A stretch of DNA of 63,147 bases, the filler included, from Octopus bimaculoides (Eukaryota), in assembly GCF_001194135.2 (NCBI RefSeq). It is 6 parts of 6 records of this genome, joined end to end, with 100 filler letters (N's around TTAATTAATTAA, not from the genome) between each part and the next. Parts side by side here need not be neighbours in the genome. Positions count along the whole stretch, not along the records: positions 1 to 20,395 come from NC_068984.1; positions 20,496 to 39,254 come from NC_068982.1; 4 more parts are not named here. One strand, 5' to 3'. Positions 12,104 through 24,852 of the stretch are shown piece by piece. Each line of letters begins with the position of its first letter. Position 1 is the first letter of the stretch. The notes below the pieces were generated by a model that had not been told where the DNA came from, did not search any database, and was given only the letters and a program-made list of their open reading frames with translations. The translations under genes and the position numbers were made by a program.

Positions 12104-13874
12104 AGTGAGAAACCAATAAATTGACGTATTCAAAGATAGAATAAATACCTCATAGTATTTATTCGACCCTGGTTGCCTAGATGCTCCTTAGTCTCATAAA
12201 AGCTGTGAACCAGTGAGTGGATCACTGGAGTCCTATATCCAGTGACACTATTCTTCATTCAGAACGTAGAGGGACGTAACTTAGTATCACGAAATATCTC
12301 TCCGGCACTTTACTGATTCTCCCAATCTACAATTTGAACCTGAAAACATTAAACGCATGACCAATTAATTTTTGTTATGTAAAGACAGATCCATTGATTT
12401 TGCTTATTTGAAAACATGAACATTAAAGGTAACGGAGACTAAAATGTGTTAGTATTTAGTCGGACATACTACTGTCCTATGGGAAAGTCTGTGGGGATTG
12501 AAAAGGGGTGAGGGTGGACAAATCGCTATCTTTGCTCCACCCTCTTTAATGTTATTTAAACATCATTGCAAAGAAAAACGATTAAACACAACCTATATGT
12601 TGTTTAAAGAGGAGGGAATATTCAGCGAGCTAACAGGATTGTTAGTACACCAGACGTAACACTTAGCAGCGTTTTGTTCGTTTCTTTGTTCTGAGGTCAA
12701 ATTTTGTCGCATCGACTTTGCTTTTCTTTTCGGTGTTTATTAAATAAGAACCTATGAGGGCTGGGGTCGATATAATCGACTAGACCCCCTTCTCCAAAAT
12801 TTCACGTTTTGTGCCTAGAGTAGAAAGAAAAAAAGAGGAGGAAAGGGAAAACTTCTCTAACAACATTTTTTATGGTAAACTTGTATTTGTTAACTTGAGA
12901 ACCATTACGTTAGTATATTTAGATGTTGTCTCTCACGTGTCCCGGTTTCAAATCTCGTTACAGTCTATTTTGCATTTCATCCCACTGTGGCCGGTACAAA
13001 CGTACCAGTATTATTACATCAACTTGCAGTTTAACTTCCACTACAAAATATGGCTTTCTGCCAAACAAAAGCGAATCAATATTATCTTCTTCTGATATTG
13101 TTGCATTAGAACAACATTTGACCTCATACAGTAGCTAGAAGTGATGTTCTCCAGATTTCGACAGAAATCAATCATATGTGATAAGCAATTCTTGAGAAAT
13201 CTTCGCTATAGATAAAAGTGGTGAGAGAAATCGCAGACAGAAAACAGTAAACTACAAGAAGTGAAGAAAAAAAAATGCAATTAGCTTGAAGCTTCACCGA
13301 TTGGCTGTGGCGATTTCACTATCTTAAAGCTAGCGGACAGTACCTCCCATGCTACTTTTAGATGTAAATCGAATCTCATAAATTAGCTACTAGAGTGTTT
13401 CACTTTTATGTCAAAGCTTTATATTACCGAGACGGGGTTGGAGTAAGTGTTTTTTTTTATTATCCCTTTAGCACTAGTTGATATGAAACCTGTGGATTTT
13501 AGCTAGAGGTGAGAGTTATGACATTCACAAGTTCCCAAGAAAGGTTAACTAAATTAGCAACTGTGAAGGATCTCCGATATGAGAACTGAAATATAGTCGT
13601 AGACTCGACATGAGTTGCTGTAAACTATTTTATCTACCTTACAAGGATGAAAGAAATCGATCCAGTATTTAACCGATGTTTTATTTATTAACAACCGGAA
13701 AATGAAAAGCAAAGCTGATCTCTGCGGAATTTCAACACAGGAGCGCAGAAAACTGAGAAACATAGAAAGCATTCTATCTGACGCCAATTTGCCAATTCCT
13801 GCTAATTAATGCAACATGATTTATTGCAACAATTACAAAATGTACTAGCGATTGTATTATTATACAGTCTCAGC

Positions 13875-14087
13875 AAGGCAGCGAGTTGGCAGAATCGTTA
13901 GCATGCCGGATAAAATGCTCAGTGGTATTACGTCCGCCTTTACGTTCTGAGCTTAAAATTCCACAGAGGTCAACCTTGCCTTTCATCCTTTTGAGGTCGA
14001 TAAAATAAGTCCCAGTTAAAACAATGGTTTCAATGTTATCGACTTACCACTACCCCGAAATTGCTGACATTGTGCACAAATTTGAAA
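13875..14087 (+). mobile_element. Family B SINE, near full length
   Basis: Starts AAGGCAGCGAGTTGGCAGAATCGTTAGCATGCC, central GCCTTTCATCCTTTTGAGGTCGATAAAATAAG, ends TGTGCACAAATTTGAAA plus an ATT tail. Confidence 0.85.
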
Positions 14088-14108
14088 TCATTATTACACA
14101 ACCTTAGT

Positions 14109-14312
14109 AAGGCAGCGAGCTCGCAGAATCAATAGCATGCCGAGTAGAACACTTAGTTGCATTTCGTTCGTCTTTCTATTCTGAGCTCAAAATCCGCCGA
14201 GGTCGACTTTGCCTTTCGGGGTCGATGAAATAAGTATCGGTTAAATATTGGGGTCGATGTAATTGACTATCCACTCCCCCAAAAAATTCGAGCTTTGTGC
14301 CTATAGTAGAAA
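14109..14312 (+). mobile_element. Family B SINE with apparent 11-bp target-site duplication
   Basis: Same consensus as the preceding copy; flanked by ACAACCTTAGT (14098-14108) and ACAACGTTAGT (14324-14334). Confidence 0.85.
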
Positions 14313-14449
14313 GGATTATTATTACAACGTTAGTGGCTGAAACTAGAGTATTTATTCATACAGAATGGTGAATGAATTCGAGCTCGAGAAGATTTGAAAT
14401 CGATTACAAGTTACACTTATGGTTGTGGACAGCATGGCATTGAATAGTA

Positions 14450-14635
14450 GTAGTTCCCAAAGTGGGCAATATTGCCCACTTTGGAAAGTTGAAGAAAGGT
14501 GAGGTGATAATGGGGTAGCAATTCATGTAAAAACAGCAAAATAATGGGTTCATTAGGTTAAATTTTATTTTTGTTTTGAATTTTCTTTAGAAAGAGGTCT
14601 GTTTATGATGGTTAGTTGGGGTAGGGGTTCTGACT
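14450..14635 (+). mobile_element. Probable hAT-type MITE remnant beginning with a 28-bp perfect palindrome
   Basis: Starts (C)AGTAGTTCCCAAAGTGGGC, resembling CAGTGGTTCCCAAA hAT termini. Palindrome CCAAAGTGGGCAATATTGCCCACTTTGG at 14457-14484. Confidence 0.4.
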
Positions 14636-14699
14636 AATTCAGAGCCACACAGCATCAAGCCACACAGCATCAAGCCACACAACATCAAGGTCCTTCTAC

Positions 14700-15530
14700 T
14701 CTGTTCCAGCTCTCTTTCTTTCTTACCAAATCATCAGGGCGTGCTCTACGCATCCAGACACTCCCGAGATGCCACTCTTTTGGACTTACATATCCAGGAA
14801 CTTAATTCTTGTGAGATATATTTCGTTAACCTTCCTGCCAGAGCAGAAAAGAGAGATTTCTCTTCAATGTTCAAAGGTGATGTTGCACACGAGTTACAGA
14901 ATTCATATAACATTAACTTATAAATGTTACATGAGTCCTGTTCTTTAAGAATATACATCGATCAGCTATCATCTACTGATTGCTGGTCTTCAAGTTCCTC
15001 CACGTTGACCATAACTATTTTTGAAGTCACCGAAGAACATTGAAACATATTTTTATACAGCGGATAAGGCACCCCATTTGGCTCATTTGTGAAATAATTC
15101 TTTTGAATTTCATTGAGCTGGTGGTTTGTTATTTAACATTTCTTGTGGCATCGCTGGCCACATCGGACTCTGAATCTCAAGTAATGCCTCTCAAAGAGAA
15201 TAAGTTTTCTTGGATTGTTCAAGAGATTCTTTCTCCACCTTGAGTGTCTCAAACTTTGATTGCTCGGATAGTTTCTTGGCAACCCAGAAGTTGCCTCTGA
15301 AACAGCGGTTAAAGGTTTTCTTTTTATTCTACCGCTTTCTTCTTGATTCTGTTTTGCTAAAGGTACGAGGATTTACGTTCAGGTTTTTCCAAAGCTCGTC
15401 ATGTCCTTGAATCTCAAAATCTGATGCAGCCTTCACCTGTTCCTTTCGATCCCTTTTCTTCCCTCGTCTTAAACTAGGAGACTCTGTGAAAGATCACGAG
15501 CTTGCCTTCTCTCCTCATTAAAAAGGTCAT
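14700..15530 (-). mobile_element. Decayed HERO/R2-group (REL-endonuclease type) LINE, pre-RT and RT domains 0-3
   Basis: Minus-strand peptides across frameshifts: FWVAKKLSEQSKFETLKVEKESLEQSKKTYS, PNGVPYPLYK, YILKEQDS, SPLNIEEKSLFSALAGRLTKY and VQKSGISGVSGCVEHALMIW. Confidence 0.75.
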
Positions 15531-15869
15531 GAAGAAATGAGTCACAGAGAAAAATACATAGAAGTTCCAGTATGCTTAAAATATTTTAAATGAAACATTG
15601 TATTTAAGAGATTGAATATTTTGGTTTTCAAATACGTGTAAAGTCATTATAGAAACTGCTTTCATTATGTGCAAGTTATGTACTGTTAGTTAGTAAATGA
15701 CTTAAAGTGTTATTTGTTTGATTTCGTTTACTATTATTTATGGTATTTAAAAGAAATACGATATTTTCCCCCCTCTCACTTTATTTCTGTTCTCTGATAA
15801 AATGAGTACCGGCCAATTGATAGTAGGAAACAAACACAGTAGTAACTAGAGAAGCAGAAAGTACTTGCA

Positions 15870-16020
15870 GCGTATTATTCTTTTCTACTCTAGGCACAAG
15901 GCCCGAAATTTTTGGGGAAGGTGCCAGTCGATTAGATCGACTTCAGTACGCAACTGGTACTTAATTTATCGACCCCGAAAGGATGAAAGGCAAAGTCGAC
16001 TTCGGTGGACTTGCAGAGTA
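15870..16020 (-). mobile_element. Family B SINE 3' part
   Basis: TCTAGGCACAAGGCCCGAAATTT...TTTATCGACCCCGAAAGGATGAAAGGCAAAGTCGAC. Confidence 0.85.
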
Positions 16021-16716
16021 TTATTGAGTATAACCAAGTCGTCTTAAAGAAATTTGGGCAGGCAGCACAAGACGGATTTTCGACAATGGGAGAGGAGGGA
16101 CGGAGGGGCATCCTCTCAAAATAATTCAAAGAATGGCTATGATATTTATTTATTTTATTTATTTACTTATTTACTTTTGAGAAACATGCTAGGTAGTTAT
16201 GTAAGGCCTTCTTTGGCTTCTCAAGATCTGGACCAATGAAACAAATGAACTCAGTTCTCATAGGCCCCGACTATACTCTGTCCTCAAAGTGCAAAGTCGT
16301 ATGCTGACAGAAATCAGGTTAACTGAGATTATTATTTTTTCCTGTTACATTAATGGACGTTATGACGCTCATTATTAAGCTTTTAAATAGGTCTTGTGCC
16401 TTTAATAGAAAGGATTATTAAGCTTTTAAATGAGAGTTTACAGTTTCATTTTGATAAACAACCTCCTTTCCCGTCTACTACTTCCAGCTCTCCAACTGCA
16501 CCAAACATATTCCAACTGATTTCAATCTTATAGTCGTGACATTCAGTCGCTGTCGCCTCAACTATGAATAAAAGAAATACGAGCCATCGTGGGAACTGTT
16601 GACTACAAGCACATAGCAGGTCTCTCGTTAATCTACTAGAAATAGTATCAATATTTTCCTTAAATTATATAATATTAAAAAAAAAGTGAATGGAAGAAAA
16701 AGAGAGAAAGACAGAA

Positions 16717-16760
<44 letters not shown>

Positions 16761-17269
16761 TGTGTGTGTGTGTGTGTGGAGATAATGTTTAATGCCTTTG
16801 ATTGTAGATCTTCCCGGTTATGGGTTGAAGAATGGAGCTAAATTAAATGGACAGAATAATAATTGAAGGTAATTAACTCACTTACTGGCGTTCTTTCGAA
16901 CTATGTATATATAATATACGAAATAAAGTGAACCAAACTGTTACGATTGAAAACGAATGTTAACAAATAATCTTTAATAATTAGCAATAATCGTCAACAA
17001 TTCACATTAAAAGCACTAATTACCTAAGTATGCACATGTGTAGCTATGGCGTGTATGCATAGCAATGTGTATGTGTGTGTGCGTGTGTGTGTGTGTGTAA
17101 GTGTGTGAGCGCTTGCGTGTGTGCTTTTGTGTGAAAGAGAGAGAGAGAGGTATACGCATGCATATATACTAAAGTTGATTTGGTAGTTTTCCTAGCCTAT
17201 CTTCACACGGTTTAGCCTTCACTTTATTCACACACATGCGCGCACGCACGCGCACACGCACACGCGCGC

Positions 17270-17323
<54 letters not shown>

Positions 17324-17664
17324 TACCTGAACTTACACGTATAATACGTTTGTTAAACGCCATGATAAATTTCAGTTTAATTATTTAAACAGAGATAAAA
17401 GCATTCAAATGAGATACATTAACCGCATTTTACAGTTAGTGCTTTTATTATCTATTGGTTATTTTCCCGTCAGTTACCTGTTTACTTTTCACTTTAATTT
17501 CCGTCTTCCCGTGCTCTTTGATTTCCGTCTTCCTCCATATTATATGTACAAATTCCGAAAGAATCGAAATCATAAAGTTACAATTTAAAAGGATAAGAAT
17601 CTTAGGCAACAATTATGCTATTCTCAAGAGCAATTAAGCAGCGTTATTATAATAATGATAATAA

Positions 17665-17970
17665 TAATTATTATTGAGTGAGAGAACAGTGCATGCCATC
17701 AAAGTGACACTGAGGTAAAATATACGAAGCCCATTATACCCATCATGACTACCCGTCTGATAAGGGTACACCAGGCACATGCATCACAACCATATGTGCA
17801 CGACATGGTAATCTCATATCAAAATAAACAGCGCATGACCTCGCAGGTGGGGGCCCAGTTAGAATTTTCTTCAGGTCGAGTAGCCCATCCTACTCAAAAG
17901 GTCCCTGAATAAGGTTTGCTTAAGGTTGTTGAGCAAAACACCCATGTTTCCAAAGGTGAATTATTCAAAA
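17665..17970. repeat. Unclassified TAA-associated interspersed repeat (copy 1)
   Basis: Reverse-complement match to about 28430-28715 (e.g. CATGACTACCCGTCTGATAAGGGTACA vs TGTACCCTTATGAGACGGGTAGTCATG); abuts (TAA)n. Confidence 0.75.
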
Positions 17971-18691
17971 CATTTAGCTTTTTAGAAAGCGGGATAATTT
18001 CTTCAGAAATAATGTCCTTTACGTGTTGTTTCTAGCATGCTGGGTTTCTGCCAATACTGGAGTCACACAAGATATAGTTTACCCAGAAACACTGTCGGTT
18101 TCACTGAACATATGCTGAAGTGTGCAGTCTGCCCAAAACATTACAGAGATGGTGCTTTGCACAATGAAGCATGAACCTTACCTTCTGCAAAACGGAAACC
18201 TCTACCTCCTCATACGTCATCCATTTCTTTATATTCATAATTCTTGATTGCTTACTTTTGCATCGTGTAAATTATTAATATACTTTACTTTATTTCTTAG
18301 GATTTCGAGGTTCATATGCCATGAAGTCATACATCGCTCCATTACTCTACATACCAGCATAACCCATTTATTTTCAAGAAGTACAACGTCCGTATACATT
18401 TATGCCAAACTGCCTACATTACTAACACTATTTATTCATATCCTTATATATGTACATACACATACAGCCAAATCCCTTTTTTACTTCTGCTGGCCTCAAC
18501 ATTGATATAAACTGATACCATATATGCTTGCAGAAAACCATAATAATTTTCACCGGGGAAGCTAATGTATACGTGTGCGGTTCACAGTTATCAACAAATA
18601 TTATGGGACACGTAAGAACTATTTCAGCTTCTACATTATCTGATCTGTAGCCATGAAAATGAGTTGCCAATATTGCTCTGAAAATCACCGT

Positions 18692-19139
18692 TAAACAAAG
18701 GGAAATTACTACATGTTCGATCGTTATAAAGACAAAAGAGCTATTAGTATGAACGCTAAGTGAGGAGAGGGAGTAATGATAAGGGAGTAAAAATGTCCAT
18801 AGTATTCGCGTAAGCGCACCATTCCATACATACACATGCGCCCGGTACAATGGTAGCTTAGATTAGATGAAATCCTTACATTGCCCTCAAAATGATCTAA
18901 AAATTGTTCGACAGAGCCTCGTTTTCGTGTTAATTTTTGTAGTAAGGGTGGATGAGCATATACATATAGGTGCATGTACGGGGGTGTGCGGGTGCGCATG
19001 TGTATGTATGGACTGGTGCGCTTACGCGAATACTATGGACATTTTTACTCCCTGACCTTTAATCCCTCCCTTCAGCGGTCATTCTAATAGCTCTTTTGTC
19101 ATAATAACGGTCAATCACACAGTAATTTCCCTTTGTTTA
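18692..19139. mobile_element. Fold-back / MITE-like element with about 150-bp inverted arms
   Basis: Arms at 18692-18841 and 18994-19139, with a 40-bp perfect inverted core AGGGAGTAAAAATGTCCATAGTATTCGCGTAAGCGCACCA. Weaker outer similarity (GTAGCCATGA) extends further. Confidence 0.8.
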
Positions 19140-19766
19140 TCTGTCATTTTTCATAGCATTCTTTTCGATTGCCAGATAATTGAAGAGATGGCGGCATGGG
19201 TTTCCGCCCCGACATCCGAAACTCGGAGTTTTATCATGGCTACCGAATTATTGTTACGTATTATTTACAGATAAATTGCTCTATGTACATAATATCGAGG
19301 TCTCTTTCTTTCTTTTGTTGTCTTACCTTTTCTATCAATATATATANNNNNNNNNNNNNNNNNNNNNNNNNNNNNNNNNNNNNNNNNNNNNNNNNNNNNN
19401 NNNNNNNNNNNNNNNNNNNNNNNNNNNNNNNNNNNNNNNNNNNNNNNNNNNNNNNNNNNNNNNNNNNNNNNNNNNNNNNNNNNNNNNNNNNNNNNNNNNN
19501 NNNNNNNNNNNNNNNNNNNNNNNNNNNNNNNNNNNNNNNNNNNNNNNNNNNNNNNNNNNNNNNNNNNNNNNNNNNNNNNNNNNNNNNNNNNNNNNNNNNN
19601 NNNNNNNNNNNNNNNNNNNNNNNNNNNNNNNNNNNNNNNNNNNNNNNNNNNNNNNNNNNNNNNNNNNNNNNNNNNNNNNNNNNNNNNNNNNNNNNNNNNN
19701 NNNNNNNNNNNNNNNNNNNNNNNNNNNNNNNNNNNNNNNNNNNNNNNNNNNNNNNNNNNNNNNNNN

Positions 19767-19810
<44 letters not shown>

Positions 19811-20363
19811 ACAATTAGATATTGTAATAACATATTAATATATTAAGATACACTAAATACATTATATGTCAATCAAAACGAAAAAGTTAAAATAAATGAA
19901 TGACGGTGCAAAATAGCTATAACGACCTATATCATAATGTATTTAATATATCTTAATATATTAATATACCATTATAACTTATTGTATGTTATTATACACT
20001 ATAGTCGTTTTAAATTTTAGCGCTCGCTTTTCAACAGTTTTTTCTCATGAACGAATGAGAGGTATGCTGTCTATTTTAACCCGGAGTAATTGTGGAAACC
20101 TCTGACGAGAAACAAGACCATATTGATCAAATTTCGAAATCACGTGATAAGATTTTATTGCACTACTCCATTCTGTGAGTTTATCTCGCCTAAGAAAGAC
20201 GTTGTGGCTTACTGTTCGCAGTCTCGAATATTTCATGGGGTTATTACTCTTTTGTGGCTGTTCGAGTTAAATTTCGGCTCTCATTTCCAGAAATTGTAGG
20301 TGCTATTTTGCACCTTCATTTATAGATGTGTGTGCGTGTGTGTGTCTGTTTGTGTGCATATAT

Positions 20364-20395
<32 letters not shown>

Positions 20396-20439
20396 NNNNN
20401 NNNNNNNNNNNNNNNNNNNNNNNNNNNNNNNNNNNNNNN

Positions 20440-20451
20440 TTAATTAATTAA
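20440..20451. other. Assembly linker TTAATTAATTAA inside N gaps (also 39299, 50133, 57629, 61884)
   Basis: Identical 12-mer with stops in all six frames, always flanked by N on both sides. Confidence 0.9.
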
Positions 20452-21367
20452 NNNNNNNNNNNNNNNNNNNNNNNNNNNNNNNNNNNNNNNNNNNNATATA
20501 TCGTATATATATATATATATATGTATATATCAACATATATACACATATATATATTCGTAATGTATATGTATGTATGAATATGTATATGTGTGTGTACATA
20601 CATATGTGGCTCTGTTTGCGTGTGTGTGTGTATGTGTGCGTGTGTGCGCGTGTGTGGGTGTGTCTGTGTGTATATATATATATATATATATACACGAAAA
20701 ATATACACAATGCATACATGCGTATATGTGTTCTTGCTCCTGTGTGTATTTGTATGTCTGTCTTTGTGCGTGTGTGTGTGCATGCATGTGTGCATGTATG
20801 CGCATGACACATGTGCCTGCAATTTTACATTTTATACATGCATAACATATCAAATTCCTGGATATGCGCTCTCTGAGAAATGTATAGAGCTTGGTATATA
20901 GGAAGTCATATTTTAGTGTATGTTNNNNNNNNNNNNNNNNNNNNNNNNNNNNNNNNNNNNNNNNNNNNNNNNNNNNNNNNNNNNNNNNNNNNNNNNNNNN
21001 NNNNNNNNNNNNNNNNNNNNNNNNCGGTGCTCCAGCATGGCTGCAGTTAAATGACTGAAGCAAGTAAAAGAGTAAAAGAGTACAGGCAGAATTTGAACAA
21101 TTGTCAGGGACCGATTAATACCCATAGCAACTTTAAGCACTCAAAAGATTTGGGCGTCCCCATATATATATAATTCAAAATACAAACAATTATAAACCAT
21201 AAGATATGAAATAAAACTAAGTGTAAGATGGAAAATAATGTTTCTTTTTGTATAATTCCACTTTATTTATATTTGAAAAATTTCCTCTTACTTGTTTTCG
21301 GTAAGATCCTGAAAATTAACCTTACATAATACATCTGTTACTATACTTGAGGAGTGACTTAAGGAGT

Positions 21368-21750
21368 GGAGGCGCAATGGCCTAGTGGTTACGGCAGCGG
21401 ACACGCGGTCGTAGGATCACGGTTTCGATTTTCAGACCATCGTTGTGAGTGTTTATGGAGAGAAAACACTTAAAGCTCTACGAGGCTCCGACAGGGGATG
21501 ATGGCAAACCCTGCTGTACTCTTTCACCATAACTTTCTCTGATTCTTTCTTCCTGTTTTTTTTTTGTACCTGTATTTCAAAGGGGCCAGCTTTTTCACAC
21601 TCTGTGTCACGCTGAATCTCCCCCGAGAACTACATTAAGGATACACGTGTCTGTGGAGTGCTCAGCCACTTGCACGCTAAAATCACGAGCAGGGTGTTCC
21701 GATGATCGGATCAACTGGAATCCTCGTCGTCGTAACCGACTGAGTGCCAC
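21368..21750 (+). mobile_element. tRNA-derived SINE family C, head type 1
   Basis: A box TGGCCTAGTGG (21378-21388) and B-box-like GGTTTCGATT. Tail GTGTCTGTGGAGTGCTCAGCCACTTGC...CGTCGTCGTAACCGACTGAGTGCC. Confidence 0.85.
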
Positions 21751-23252
21751 GATATACTTAAAACAACCCAAACATTATTTTAGCAAGTTTAAAAGGATTT
21801 CTTTTGTGCCATAAACCAATTACCATTTCTGTGGTGTCTCCCTTTCTTTGATATTCTAAGCACGTACCTATTTTGCTTAATGGTTAATCCAGCGGTGCGT
21901 ATTATTCCTGCTACAAGTCTGCCTGTCTCAGATCAATTCTATGCAAAGCCCATTCGTGATCATTACCACTATCTGATCTGTATATAGTCGCAGTCTCGCT
22001 ACTGATTCGCTGGTGGCTGAGAAGCTCGATACGAGACGGAGCGGTCTGGCTGCAATGACTACAAAAGGGAACTTCTGGTCTGAGTTTGGTGACGCTATAT
22101 CACGTCTCCTTTACATTTTCACCGTTATTTTTGTCTTCGTGGTCAGACAAGTCTGTGTTCTTCAAGGAGGAGGTGGAGGAGGAACACGAGCAGGAGGAGA
22201 AGGAGGAGAAGAAGACGGATGATGAGGGTGATGATGATGGTGATAATGCGGAGGAGGAGACAGATTCGTGAATGGTATGGAAGACATCAGAGATCAATAA
22301 GCAGTCTTAGAACTTGGTTCGATTCTGAAAAATAACAAAAACAAAATAACGAAAGTTTCCGTTCGATCTAAAATAACTTCAAATACGTAAAGGCAAAGGA
22401 AAAAAAAAAAAAAAAANNNNNNNNNNNNNNNNNNNNNNNNNNNNNNNNNNNNNNNNNNNNNNNNNNNNNNNNNNNNNNNNNNNNNNNNNNNNNNNNNNNN
22501 NNNNNNNNNNNNNNNNNNNNNNNNNNNNNNNNNNNNNNNNNNNNNNNNNNNNNNNNNNNNNNNNNNNNNNNNNNNNNNNNNNNNNNNNNNNNNNNNNNNN
22601 NNNNNNNNNNNNNNNNNNNNNNNNNNNNNNNNNNNNNNNNNNNNNNNNNNNNNNNNNNNNNNNNNNNNNNNNNNNNNNNNNNNNNNNNNNNNNNNNNNNN
22701 NNNNNNNNNNNNNNNNNNNNNNNNNNNNNNNNNNNNNNNNNNNNNNNNNNNNNNNNNNNNNNNNNNNNNNNNNNNNNNNNNNNNNNNNNNNNNNNNNNNN
22801 NNNNNNNNNNNNNNNNNNNNNNNNNNNNNNNNNNNNNNNNNNNNNNNNNNNNNNNNNNNNNNNNNNNNNNNNNNNNNNNNNNNNNNNNNNNNNNNNNNNN
22901 NNNNNNNNNNNNNNNNNNNNNNNNNNNNNNNNNNNNNNNNNNNNNNNNNNNNNNNNNNNNNNNNNNNNNNNNNNNNNNNNNNNNNNNNNNNNNNNNNNNN
23001 NNNNNNNNNNNNNNNNNNNNNNNNNNNNNNNNNNNNNNNNNNNNNNNNNNNNNNNNNNNNNNNNNNNNNNNNNNNNNNNNNNNNNNNNNNNNNNNNNNNN
23101 NNNNNNNNNNNNNNNNNNNNNNNNNNNNNNNNNNNNNNNNNNNNNNNNNNNNNNNNNNNNNNNNNNNNNNNNNNNNNNNNNNNNNNNNNNNNNNATATAT
23201 ATGCATCTATATTTGTATGTGTGGGCATGTGTGTGAGTGTGTGAGTGTGCGT

Positions 23253-23297
<45 letters not shown>

Positions 23298-23886
23298 AAT
23301 TGCGGTTTGAAAGCTATGGAACAACAAAGGCCAAAATACGTTCACAAGATGAAAATATTGGTCGATAATGGCAACAAGACAGGAATTCGTGTTAAAAATA
23401 TATAAAGTTAGTAAATATAAAGAAAGATATATTTTATGTCTTGGACTTAGTGTTTCTTATGAATATTCTTTCAAGTATACAGCTGTTACACTGGTTTTAT
23501 TGTGGGCTATGGTGTTTTTTTTGCGGAGATAGACAGACATGGCATTATAGCATTTTATTGTGAATATTTGTGAAGAAACACTCAAATACACACGCGCGCG
23601 CACCCCCACAAACATACCCCCCACACACTCACAGACATATATATATGTATATATGTATATATAGGCATGTAAAACATATGTATGTATATATATATACACA
23701 TAAATACATATATATACACACAGACACATATATACACAGATACAGACACACACACGCACACATACACATATATACATACATACACACACATATATACATG
23801 CATATGCATATATCTACGTATGTATACGTATGTACAGAAATATGCATTGTAATCAAACATGTATGTATACATATACATACATACAT

Positions 23887-23924
<38 letters not shown>

Positions 23925-24546
23925 CTATATCTATCTGTCTATCTATACATACACTCAGACATACATATATATACAATACACGCACACGCACACACACACA
24001 TATACATCCATACGTACATACATACATACATACATATACATACATGTATATATAATTATAAATATATAGAAAAAAATATACATTTGTGCATAATATATTT
24101 ATACATACTTCCAATACTTATGTTAATATCGAGATGTGTTGAAGTTGTATGTGTGGCCCGGTCGTAATGTATGAAGGCACTGTTTTATTGTATGGTTTGA
24201 TTTGCGTTATAACATTATACATTACTGTTTGGCAAATGAACCGAAAAGGAACAGGATGACGTGTTTTATATGGCGATAATGACTCTTCTAGGATGTGTCT
24301 TAGTTTAAACATATACCACCTCAAGTTGTGTTATACGTTACCATGCAAGCAAAGGTCTCTTGGATATATTTGTTTATTTGTGTGTGTATAGTGTATTTAT
24401 AAAAGCGTACATACGTAAATACATACATACATACATACATACTTATGTACATACATGCACACACGTACGTGTATATGTGTGTATGTCTGTGTGTAATCCC
24501 ATATATATAGATATATGTATCTAAAAAACAAAGCAAAACAAAATCC

Positions 24547-24852
24547 GGCACTCCGTCAGTTTCGACGACGAGTCTTCCTGTTGATTCGATCAACGGAAGA
24601 GCCTGCTTGTGAAATTAACATACAAGTGGCTGAGTACTCCACAGACACGCGCACTCTTAAAGTGGTTCTCACAGAGATTCAATGTGACACAGACTGTGAC
24701 AAGGCTGACCCTTTTGAAATACAAGTACTACTCATTTTTACCAGATGGACAGAAGCATCGTGAAAATAAAGTGTCCTGCTCAAGGACGCAAAGCGCCGCC
24801 GGGAATCGAACTCATGACCTTACGATAGTAAGCCGAATACCCTAACCACCAA
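24547..24852 (-). mobile_element. SINE family C, head type 2 (CORE-like)
   Basis: B box GAGTTCGATTCC, then GCGTCCTTGAGCAGGACACTTT, then the same tail ending GACGGAGTGCC. Confidence 0.85.

Noticed and set aside
22086-22297. Acidic ORF (EEEHEQEEKEE...DDEGDDD) and the poly-D ORF at 50137-50412
   Set aside because: GAG/GAT trinucleotide repeats with no splice or homology support.
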